DNA of 64,000 bases, from NCBI GenBank assembly GCA_013285655.1, contig JABDHI010000006.1:933-64932 (forward strand), given 5' to 3'. The translations under genes were made by a program, and so were the position numbers. Numbering within the stretch: position 1 is the stretch's first letter; every line of letters begins with the position of its first letter. Source of the DNA: Bacteroidota bacterium. GTDB lineage: Bacteria; Bacteroidota; Bacteroidia; JABEUT01. The notes under the pieces are model-generated. The model was not told where the DNA came from. It was given only the letters and a program-made list of their open reading frames with translations, and searched no databases. This document shows positions 57,101-64,000 of the stretch, piece by piece.

Positions 57101-58226
57101 GAAGATCTTCCTGCTGCTCGCCGTTATGCAAAAAGGTCATATCAGACGAAAAGGCGTTCAGCATTTTTACGTACGTATTCTTTTGATACGAGAACAAAAT
57201 GTTGGGCTGTTTCTTTATCACATTCAGTTCAGAATACAATTCGATGATCGGGAATTTTTTATGCCTGTAGCAGGTGTTTAAGTCATTCTTTATTTGAAGC
57301 AATATGTCTAAGAAAGAAGTATCGCCAAACGATGGAACAGGGAAGGGTAGGGCTTTAACAAAAGTACCTGTGGTATTCTTAAAGCGGATGTTATCGCGGT
57401 TAAAAATAGGCAGGCTGATGATAAACTCATTGTTGTTATACAGCTTATTTAAAAGGCCAATTATACCCACAAAGTAGTGTAACACCGTAACTTTATTCTG
57501 GGTGCAAAAGTTTTGTATGTTCACAAAGGTTTCCCTGGGCAGGGCTAGTTCCTTCCTTACCGACCTGAAAGATTGATCGCTGGCACTTAACTGTAAACAC
57601 GATTCAAAAGCCCTGTCGGTATCCAGGTTTTCAAACTTGTTCTTCCAGAATAGTTCATCCGTTTTATATTGCTCAGATAATTTATAGGCATTTTCATCTT
57701 CCACAAAATCAGAATACTTAAAGCTTTGTGGAAGCAGCTTTTCCTCGGCGTTTTGTACGCGCTTAGAATAAACTTCAAGGAATTTTTCAACGAAAATATT
57801 TATTGAAAACCCATCGAATAAAATGTGGTGTATGTTGAAGTACACATAGTATTTTTCTTCGCAGGGTTTCAGTATCCTCACCTTCAACAGGTCCTGGTGA
57901 AAGTCAATCTTTTTCCGGATGTCCTTGTTCATCCAGTCCTGGCAGTAGGCATCGGCATCGGGCCTGCCAGAGTGGTCGAAATATTCTATATCAAACTCGT
58001 TGGCCTTTATTTTAGTTTTTTCGTTGCCAAACAGTGTGCCCCTGTTGTGCAATACATCACTAAGTTCAAGCTGCTGCTTTATACACTCAATAAGCGTTAC
58101 CACATCAAGCTGGCCAATTACTAACGAATAGCCGCCAATATTATATTGTGCCGAGTCCGGAAATTTGACCTGTGAAAAGAAAATTCCTTTTTGAACAGAC
58201 GATAAGTTGTTAAGTTCCTGATTCAT
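51186..58226 (-). CDS. non-ribosomal peptide synthetase, two modules: C-A-T-C-A-T-TE
   Basis: C1 HHILFDGFS (aa 133-141); A1 YTSGSTGNSKG; T1 GGHSLKAM; C2 HHIIGDGWS; A2 YTSGSTGKPKG; T2 GGNSIKAV; C-terminal thioesterase GNSAGSS. A single 2346-aa ORF. Confidence 0.95.
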   Translation of the reverse strand: MNQELNNLSSVQKGIFFSQVKFPDSAQYNIGGYSLVIGQLDVVTLIECIKQQLELSDVLHNRGTLFGNEKTKIKANEFDIEYFDHSGRPDADAYCQDWMNKDIRKKIDFHQDLLKVRILKPCEEKYYVYFNIHHILFDGFSINIFVEKFLEVYSKRVQNAEEKLLPQSFKYSDFVEDENAYKLSEQYKTDELFWKNKFENLDTDRAFESCLQLSASDQSFRSVRKELALPRETFVNIQNFCTQNKVTVLHYFVGIIGLLNKLYNNNEFIISLPIFNRDNIRFKNTTGTFVKALPFPVPSFGDTSFLDILLQIKNDLNTCYRHKKFPIIELYSELNVIKKQPNILFSYQKNTYVKMLNAFSSDMTFLHNGEQQEDLQFHLLEYKEEGDLTIAIDYKEDSFSDQVINNLITHFNTLVNTQYTQAHLNVNAIEVTSKAERDEILEGFNNTGVAYHNDKTVVDLFEEQVKKIPDTTAVVFEDRTLTYKELNETANRLARYIQQNTGIKTGESIGVLADRSEWSVISMIAIMKLGCLYVPIDKLLPEKRIDHIIKDSKAKVLLVNEASTTASTNNIPCITITEIAEQLKKLDASNIGLTNLSQCASVIIYTSGSTGNSKGIEQTHTMLCNLISWEKNKSGLLTGQKYLQFSSFSFDMSLIETYYALTTGGELYVASETLRKNFLELKEYIIKNKIASISMPCAALEGMFSEVGFHESEENHIKEIISAGEQLYVSGALRTFLHKNPSVKIFNWYGPSETHVVTGVTHSFSNGDIPIKPTIGKPISNTEIYILDKEKRLLPKGVSGEICIGGDGLAHGYLNRPELTAEKFVSNPFKPGERMYKTGDIGRWLNDGSIDFIGRKDDQVKIRGYRIELGEVETVLRNVKNIDDAVVITREDASGEKQLVAYFVSKNEIAISDLREALGKLLPSYMVPAYFMQLEVMPLTSNGKINRKSLPDPQWSAMGKAVEHIAPRNETEERLAEIWAEVLAIEKEKIGVKDDFFDWGGHSLKAMRLVTHIYKNIGVKIDLKDLFSNTTLEEQATLISSKRKTIHIEIKPVEKQQNYLLSSSQRRIWVLSQFKEGNVAYNMAGVYVLDGELKKEELERSFRTLIRRHESLRTIFKEDVSTGEIRQWIKPEEEEFFTLRFEDLRNRAWQDEEVKQKVEKEMQDPFDLENGPLVRACLLRIADNKYVFNYTMHHIIGDGWSMGILVKELLSLYNAYAKGEEPVMKPLKLQYKDYAAWQREQLVGNSLNEHKAYWLEQFTSDIPTLEMPGDKPRPAVKTYNGAIIKKVIARDAVGKLKVITQKEGGTLFMGLLAIVNAILYRYTGQEDIIIGSPIAGREHIDIEDQIGFYVNTLALRTRFSGEDSYKQLLDNVIRTSINAYEHHVYPFDELVDDLKLHRGVSRSALFDVMVVLQNNAMSEHMIAEQTVGNAKLSAYPVVRSVVSKFDLTFNFAEVKKELHMAIEYNTDIYKKETVERLAGHFAQMMESVTVHPEQLIKEIDYVTAPEKHELLSDFNNTEAVYPKDKTLVDLFEGQVKKTPDNVALVFNGNALTYSELNERANSLACYLRECYSIKPEDTICIKLDRSEWMIVAILGVLKSGGAYVPVDPEYPKDRIEYILEDSACKVIIDEKELQKFNEYSANEKNAKTPLAAIAKPKDLAYVIYTSGSTGKPKGVIVEHTQVVNLILSQIRSFEITEEENILQFSNVFFDASVEQIFIALLSGARLSLIDKQTMIEPEKLEAFIESNKITHVHSVPSVLKNITAKKYPHLKRVIAGGDTCPIELAEKWSKHHKFYNEYGPTETTVTSIELLYKRRKENQTVLLIGRPLSNTQVYILDKEERLTPVGVIGEICIGGDGVARGYLNRPELTAEKFVQDPFKDGERMYKTGDLGRWLADGNIEFIGRKDDQVKVRGYRIELGEVESVLQSHENIEDGVVVIKDDSSGEKHLVAYVVSKQTLLSTDLRAFLGKSLPSYMVPSYFVQMDALPLNHNGKINKKLLPSPEGLGMSSGIEYVAPRNETEKKLAERWQVVLRTEKIGIDDDFFQLGGNSIKAVNASRMEGMSVPIKVIYQHKTIRECTKALEDLKKNELVNDDLLTKYPDTKQHEASIVLIPYAGAFDNVYMGLAKELSASLNVYIVTMPWSKLDENTELKDSKWIKDKLLQEIKDKVTGRFVILGNSAGSSLALDLSFEMEQHSDSFIGLIQSAAAYHAKQDINENITSMANYTDDEIWDYLVIKLDKPEVRNMESRDLLIRNLRHDVDVSLNTLAYIKSTYGDLQLNSPLHVLYGDNDLSIASTADNYKGWQKFSKNTSYDSVKNGGHYFVQQNVTETADKIKNTIKGWLAVN

Positions 58227-58665
58227 GTAATGTAAAATTCCTGCGTTTTTATACTAATAAGCCCCTTCTCTTGTTCATGAAAATTACATTCCTATAAAAC
58301 TACCAAGGTGTAATTCTATTATTGGTGGTCAATATCATAAAGCGGCCGCAATATTAATTTAAAAAGTGGTGGTAAAGGGTTTATATAATTGTTAAAAACA
58401 GGTTATGCAATAGCCTTGTATAGCCTAATAATACTGCAAAAGTCTGGTACTCTGCATGCTACGTGCAACGAACTATGAATAGAATTTGTGAATAAAAAAA
58501 TGAAACAAATTCAGTTTAACGCCAGTGGGGCTTTTTTGCCTTTATTCTGTAGGCATAGGGGTAGGCCCAAGCATAATAGTATATTCAATATATTTGCCGG
58601 CATATTATTCAAATATTACCTCAATCTTATTACATAGTATCCGCAAAACATAATTTAAATATTTT

Positions 58666-60813
58666 ATGAAAATATATTCAGCTTTAACCTTAATGGCCGT
58701 AGTGGCATTTTCATCATGTAAGAACACCGATAAGCCGGCCGCAACAAATACCGATTCTATGCTATCGAACAACCCATTTATAAACCCCAGCACATTACCA
58801 TTTCAAACAGCCGATTTTAGTAAAATAAAAGATGCTGATTTTAAGCCTGCTATTGAAGAAGGTATAAAGCAACAACTTGCAGAAATAGAAAAGATAGCTA
58901 ACGATTCTGCTGCACCTACGTTCGAAAATGTATTTGTGGCTATGGAAAAAAGCGGGCAGATGCTGCACCGTGTTAATGGTGTATTTGGCCTGTTAACGGG
59001 TGCTAACACCAACCCTACATTACAAAAGGTATCAGAAGAAGTAGCGCCTGAGCTTTCCGGTGCTGAAGATGCCATTTTCCTGAATTCGAAATTATTTAAA
59101 CGTGTTGAGGCTATTTACAATAAGAGAGAGGATTTGAAACTGGATGCTGAATCGAAACGGTTGGTTGAATATTATTACCAAAAGTTTGTGTTATCGGGCG
59201 CTAACCTGAGTGATCAAGCAAAGGACAGTTTAAAAAAGATCAATTCGGAAGAAGCGAGCCTGAGTGCAAAATTTGCTAACCAGTTATTGGGTGCCGCTAA
59301 AGGAGCAGCCTTGGTAGTTAGTGATAAGGCTGAACTGGCAGGCTTAAGCGATGGGGAAATTGACGCAGCAGCTGCAGCAGCTAAGGCCAACGGACAAGAA
59401 GGAAAGTGGATGATAAAGATTCAGAATACCACACAGCAACCTGCATTGCAATCGTTAACCGTACGTGCTACACGTCAAAAGCTTTTTGAAGCATCGTGGA
59501 CACGCGCCGAAAAAGGCGATTCGAATGATACCCGCGCTACCATTACCCGCATTGCATTAATACGTGCACAAAAGGCTAAGCTGTTGGGCTACCCTAACTA
59601 TGCTGCATGGACACTGGTAAACCAAATGGCAAAAAATGTAGATGCTGTAGAGCAGTTCCTTAACCAATTGATACCTGCTGCAACAGCTAAAGCAAAAGTA
59701 GAAGCAGCCGATATACAGAAAGTAATTGATTCGCAAAAAGGCGGCTTTAAATTAGAACCATGGGATTGGAATTTTTATGCCGAACAGGTGCGCAAGGCCA
59801 GGTATGATTTAGATGAAAGCCAGGTGAAGCCTTATTTTGAACTGGATAGCGTATTGAAGAATGGTGTGTTTTATGCCGCTACCCAGCTTTATGGCATTAC
59901 CTTTAAAGAACGCAAAGACATAGCTGTATATAATAAAGATGTACGGGTTTTTGAAGTGATAGATAAAGATGGCAGTTCGATGGCGCTTTTCTATTGCGAT
60001 TATTTTAAACGCGACAACAAAAACGGCGGAGCCTGGATGGACAATATGGTTGGCCAATCGAAGTTACTGGGTACAAAACCGGTAGTATATAACATTTGCA
60101 ACTTTACCAAACCTGCCGACGGTCAACCTGCGCTCATAAGCTTTGGCGATGTAACTACTATGTTCCACGAATTTGGCCACGCACTGCATGGTATGTTCTC
60201 GAACGTAACGTACCCAAGCATTTCGGGTACATCTACCGCGCGAGATTTTGTTGAGTTCCCTTCGCAGTTCAACGAGCATTGGGCATCGTACCCTGATATA
60301 TTTAAGAACTATGCCAAAAATTACAAAACCGGTGAGCCTATGCCGCAAGAGCTGGTAGATAAAATAAAGAAAGCTGCCACCTTTAACCAGGGCTATAGCT
60401 TAACCGAAATACTTGCCGCTGCCGACCTCGATATGCAATGGCACACAATTGCACCCGGCACCCCTATACAAGATGTAGACAAATTTGAAGCTGAAGCTTT
60501 GCGCAACACGCACCTCGATCTGCCACAGGTACCTACACGTTACCGTAGCAGTTACTTCCTGCACATTTGGGCTAACGGATATGCGGCAGGTTACTACGCT
60601 TACACCTGGACCGAGATGCTGGATGATGATGCGTTTGCTTGGTTTAAAGAACATGGTGGCCTTACCCGTGAAAACGGTCAGCGTTTCCGCGATATGGTAT
60701 TATCGCGTGCAAATACTGAGGACCTGAAGGAGATGTACCATAACTTTATGGGCCGCGATGCCAATATTCAGCCTATGCTTGAGAACCGTGGTTTAGTAGA
60801 GGCGAAGAAGTAG
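58666..60813 (+). CDS. dcp: M3-family zinc metallopeptidase (peptidyl-dipeptidase Dcp-like), lipoprotein
   Basis: Lipobox AFSSC; zinc motif HEFGHALH; 715 aa with M3 layout. Confidence 0.85.
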   Translation: MKIYSALTLMAVVAFSSCKNTDKPAATNTDSMLSNNPFINPSTLPFQTADFSKIKDADFKPAIEEGIKQQLAEIEKIANDSAAPTFENVFVAMEKSGQMLHRVNGVFGLLTGANTNPTLQKVSEEVAPELSGAEDAIFLNSKLFKRVEAIYNKREDLKLDAESKRLVEYYYQKFVLSGANLSDQAKDSLKKINSEEASLSAKFANQLLGAAKGAALVVSDKAELAGLSDGEIDAAAAAAKANGQEGKWMIKIQNTTQQPALQSLTVRATRQKLFEASWTRAEKGDSNDTRATITRIALIRAQKAKLLGYPNYAAWTLVNQMAKNVDAVEQFLNQLIPAATAKAKVEAADIQKVIDSQKGGFKLEPWDWNFYAEQVRKARYDLDESQVKPYFELDSVLKNGVFYAATQLYGITFKERKDIAVYNKDVRVFEVIDKDGSSMALFYCDYFKRDNKNGGAWMDNMVGQSKLLGTKPVVYNICNFTKPADGQPALISFGDVTTMFHEFGHALHGMFSNVTYPSISGTSTARDFVEFPSQFNEHWASYPDIFKNYAKNYKTGEPMPQELVDKIKKAATFNQGYSLTEILAAADLDMQWHTIAPGTPIQDVDKFEAEALRNTHLDLPQVPTRYRSSYFLHIWANGYAAGYYAYTWTEMLDDDAFAWFKEHGGLTRENGQRFRDMVLSRANTEDLKEMYHNFMGRDANIQPMLENRGLVEAKK

Positions 60814-60814
60814 A

Positions 60815-60982
60815 ATGCGCAAATATTCTTTGTGGGTATATATCGTCTTCGTTGTTGTAATGGTAGCTGTGGTAGTCGCTGTTGATTTTCTTTTCTTCAA
60901 AGATAATTTCCGGGAAAGGCTGCTTGCCAACATTGCAATTGTGTTGGTGTTCGCGGTGGTTTATTTGAGGTCTTTGAAGTAG
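60815..60982 (+). CDS. possible 55-aa membrane micro-protein
   Basis: MRKYSLWVYIVFVVVMVAVVVAVDFLFF...IAIVLVFAVVYLRSLK has two hydrophobic helices and starts 2 nt after the peptidase stop. It is not in the ORF track (<60 aa). Confidence 0.3.
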   Translation: MRKYSLWVYIVFVVVMVAVVVAVDFLFFKDNFRERLLANIAIVLVFAVVYLRSLK

Positions 60983-61153
60983 TTCACTGTTTCTACTTAT
61001 CGTTTATGTTTTTTATAAGAGTTACAAAAACAAAAAGGCTTGGATATGAGCCATATGAAAAACCTTAATTCTATAGGGTAACGCTGGTTACTAAAAATGG
61101 ACTATATTTATTAAAGAATATCGAACTACTTACTTAAAACTAACTTTTAGAAT

Positions 61154-63424
61154 ATGAAAAACCACTTTTTATTAATTCTTTTATTGTTTGCAGGATTATT
61201 GGCTAAAGCTCAGTATCCTGTTTTATATACCCTGTCGGGCACCAATGGTGAAACCCCTGAGGCTGGCGTTGCTATTTCTAATAATGTGTTGTATGGTACT
61301 ACATGGGAAGGCGGAGCATATGGATATGGTTGCATATTCTCCATTCATACTGATGGCAGTAACTATAAGAAAATACTTGATTTTAATGATACAAATGGTG
61401 GCTATTCCGGTACTACATTGAATGTTATTGGCTATAAATTATATGGAATGACCGGGCAGGGTGGCAAATATAAGTATGGATGTATCTTTTCTATTGACAC
61501 CAATGGCGTAGGCTATAAAGATATGTATGATTTTAACAGCTCTACTCAACCTGGTAATTTTATGACTTTATCAAATGGGTATTTGTTTGGAATGCTAGGG
61601 CAATATCAATATCCTGCTGTGTATAGCGAAATCATTTTCTCTATTGATACTAATGGAACAGGATATAAAACGATTCATAGCTTCCCTGCTGGTGGATATG
61701 GCTCTCAGTCTGGAGGGTTGACACAAGCAGGCGGAAAGTTTTACGGTATTTCACGCTCCGGCGGAACTATGGGCTATGGCAGTATATTTTCTATTGATGC
61801 CAATGGGAATAATTATAAAGATCTGTATGATTGCGATTCATTAAATGGCAGGCTGGCAGGAATCAACTCATTGGTTATATCGGGTAGTAAAATGTACGGT
61901 GTCTCAACTTCGGGTGGTACTAATAATGTTGGATATGTATTTTCGATGGATACAGCGGGTGGAAATTATAAAAACATATATAGTATTATTACTAAAGATG
62001 GAAATGAATACTATCCTACAGGTTCCTTAGTGCTTTCTGGCAGCACATTATATGGGCAAGGAGTGAATGCTGTTTTTTCTATTGACAGCAGTGGTACGGG
62101 ATATACCGAATTACTGGATTTGCCTCCAAATGTATTTACTAATAATTCTATTATCCTTTCAGGAAATAATATTTATGGAACTTCAGTGAATTCTGATAAC
62201 GGGGGTTGGGGCACGGTTTTTAATTACAAATTGCCTAAAGACACAGTTTATAAAATTGCTCCAATTAAATGTTATGGCGATAGTACAGGATCTGCCAGCA
62301 TGAATGTATCATTCGGTAACCCACCATATACTTACACCTGGTCTCCCAATAATATTGTGGCTGATACCATTAATGGACTGCCTGTAGGAATGTATACTGT
62401 AACTGCCAGAGACAGGAACAATTACCAACTAATTGATTCTATTAAAATTGTACAGCCTTCACCTATTGCAATAAACAATTCTACTATCTTGTCTGCATGT
62501 AAGGTTAATAGCGGAGTTGCCAGTGTAAGTGTGTCAGGCGGTATACCTCCTTATATGTATAGCTGGATACCAAGCGGGGGTAGTGGTTCAATGGCAAGCG
62601 GGTTAGCAGTAGGTTATTATACCTGTGCCATAACCGATTCATTGGGCTGCATCAAACATGAAAGCTTTACTATTAAAGACAGCGGTACACTTGGGGCAAT
62701 TATTAATACTTCAAAAATATTATGTCATGGTGATAGTAGTGCAACTGCTATTGCAAATGTTAGTGGAGGAACAGGCCCCTTTACCTATTCATGGGCTCCT
62801 TACGGTGGAGTAAATTCGATGGCCAATAAGTTAGCGGCAGGAACATACACGGTAACCGTAACCGATTCAAACGGATGTAAGGCTGACACTTTTGCTACTA
62901 TTACTCAACCTTCTCTATTTTTTTTAATACCACATTATGTATTAGAAACTCAGCTTAGCAATTGTAATGGAAGTATTTTGGTTAATTGCCAGGGCGGTAC
63001 ACCACCGTATAGTTATTATTGGGCAGGAGGGGCAACAACTGATTCTATAGGAAAATTATGCCCGGGTAATTATTGCATTAAAGCTACCGACTCTCTCGGC
63101 TGTATAGATAGTACATGTTTTATTGTTAAACTTGATACCACAGTTGGAATAAACGCAATTATAAAGCCATTTAATGCAATAGCCTATCCCAACCCAAGTA
63201 CTGGTGTATTCAATTTTACAATTAACGATGCACAATATATAATGAATAGTGAACTTTCAGTTTACAGTACATTCGGGCAAAAGATATATTCAAAAAAAAT
63301 ATTTAATCCACATTCTGCGTTATCGATTGATATAAGTGAACAACCAAGCGGTGTTTATTTTTACAAAATGATATCCAACAGCGGTACTGAACTTGCTAAT
63401 GGCAAGCTACTCATTAATAAATAA
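61154..63424 (+). CDS. T9SS-sorted surface protein: N-terminal GloVer-type tandem repeats + SprB-type repeats + C-terminal sorting domain
   Basis: About 9 repeats ending G-x-G-x-IFSID..G..YK.L; four C-x-GDS-x-G-x-A...GG-x-PPY-x-Y-x-W units; tail YPNPSTGVFNF...GVYFYKM. Confidence 0.75.
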   Translation: MKNHFLLILLLFAGLLAKAQYPVLYTLSGTNGETPEAGVAISNNVLYGTTWEGGAYGYGCIFSIHTDGSNYKKILDFNDTNGGYSGTTLNVIGYKLYGMTGQGGKYKYGCIFSIDTNGVGYKDMYDFNSSTQPGNFMTLSNGYLFGMLGQYQYPAVYSEIIFSIDTNGTGYKTIHSFPAGGYGSQSGGLTQAGGKFYGISRSGGTMGYGSIFSIDANGNNYKDLYDCDSLNGRLAGINSLVISGSKMYGVSTSGGTNNVGYVFSMDTAGGNYKNIYSIITKDGNEYYPTGSLVLSGSTLYGQGVNAVFSIDSSGTGYTELLDLPPNVFTNNSIILSGNNIYGTSVNSDNGGWGTVFNYKLPKDTVYKIAPIKCYGDSTGSASMNVSFGNPPYTYTWSPNNIVADTINGLPVGMYTVTARDRNNYQLIDSIKIVQPSPIAINNSTILSACKVNSGVASVSVSGGIPPYMYSWIPSGGSGSMASGLAVGYYTCAITDSLGCIKHESFTIKDSGTLGAIINTSKILCHGDSSATAIANVSGGTGPFTYSWAPYGGVNSMANKLAAGTYTVTVTDSNGCKADTFATITQPSLFFLIPHYVLETQLSNCNGSILVNCQGGTPPYSYYWAGGATTDSIGKLCPGNYCIKATDSLGCIDSTCFIVKLDTTVGINAIIKPFNAIAYPNPSTGVFNFTINDAQYIMNSELSVYSTFGQKIYSKKIFNPHSALSIDISEQPSGVYFYKMISNSGTELANGKLLINK

Positions 63425-63476
63425 CCCCACACTCTCGCAAGTTTAGCGCGGAATAAATGTGAGGATAAGTAACACA

Positions 63477-64000
63477 ATGCCAAACAAAGCTGAAATACCG
63501 ATACTTGGTTTTACTTCTGATAAGGAATGGGAATTGTGGCTCGTTAAGAATCACGCAAATTCGAATGGTCTTTGGCTTAAAATATTCAAAAAAGATTCAG
63601 GGTGTAAGACTGTGACCTATGCAGAAGCGCTTGATGTGGCCCTTTGCTATGGATGGATAGATGGGCAAAAGAAGAGTAATGATGGGCAATCCTTTCTTCA
63701 AAAATTTACTCCGCGGAGAGCAAAGAGTATATGGTCGAAGGTAAATACGGAGCATATTGAGCGGCTTACCAAAGCCGGGAAGATGAAGCCTGCAGGAATT
63801 AAGGTAGTAGAGGAAGCTAAAGCGGATGGCAGATGGGATAAAGCGTATTCCTCAGCCAGTAAAATGACGATACCCGAAGATTTCTTGAAGGAGCTTAGCA
63901 AAAACAAAAAGGCCGAAGCCTTTTTCAAGACCCTTAATAAAACCAATCTGTTTAGCATTGGCTTCAGGCTGCAAACTGCAAAGACAGAGGAAACACGGCT
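63477..64000 (+). CDS. YdeI/OmpD-associated family protein (3' end beyond the window)
   Basis: ATG at 63477; ...WELWLVKNHANSNGLWLKIFKKDSG..TVTYAEALDVALCYGWIDGQKK...FTPRRAKSIWSKVN. The frame is open to the window edge. Confidence 0.7.
   Translation, partial: MPNKAEIPILGFTSDKEWELWLVKNHANSNGLWLKIFKKDSGCKTVTYAEALDVALCYGWIDGQKKSNDGQSFLQKFTPRRAKSIWSKVNTEHIERLTKAGKMKPAGIKVVEEAKADGRWDKAYSSASKMTIPEDFLKELSKNKKAEAFFKTLNKTNLFSIGFRLQTAKTEETR

Noticed and set aside
51186-58226. About 25 short plus-strand ORFs inside the NRPS gene, and similar antisense or out-of-frame ORFs inside other long genes (for example 1343-1867, 4052-4318, 10058-10519, 15791-16198, 48926-49387, 58803-59075).
   Set aside because: They lie wholly within long, motif-rich ORFs on the opposite strand or in another frame and have no recognisable features. 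They are typical shadow ORFs.

Overview
This 64-kb window looks like a Bacteroidota chromosome, probably from a Sphingobacteriia (Mucilaginibacter- or Pedobacter-like) organism. That placement is inferred from T9SS C-terminal sorting domains, TAnnTTTG -7 promoter boxes, absent Shine-Dalgarno sites and dense palindromic 'word' repeats. The left half (about 7.8-30.7 kb) is an accessory mosaic. Phage head-morphogenesis genes (S78 prohead protease, HK97-fold major capsid protein, gp6-like connector, possible head-closure protein, GH108 endolysin) are split by about 16 kb of cargo. The cargo comprises a ParE/RelE TA pair, seven tandem secreted YwqK/MORN-repeat lipoproteins, a GNAT, a two-domain glycosyltransferase, a solo TIR-like protein and an acyltransferase-3. 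A TerS-like HTH gene lies at 41.5 kb. The separated phage-like units share a conserved promoter block and long leader hairpins. I recognise no portal, large terminase, tail, integrase or transposase in the window. The right half is mostly housekeeping or accessory metabolism:
- a FadL/SGNH/esterase locus, an SDR, an AKR and an LLM oxidoreductase;
- a ferritin;
- a two-module NRPS with a translationally coupled PPTase;
- a Dcp-like M3 peptidase;
- a T9SS adhesin.
It also holds two more TA modules, one sitting between 141-bp direct repeats of a host gene's 3' end. Intergenic DNA is saturated with several repeat families. The most prominent is a roughly 175-nt two-module 'AB element' with 12 full or partial copies. 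Some repeats sit in-frame inside ORFs. I recognised no rRNA, tRNA or CRISPR array. All family calls rest on motif recognition by eye, not on database searches.
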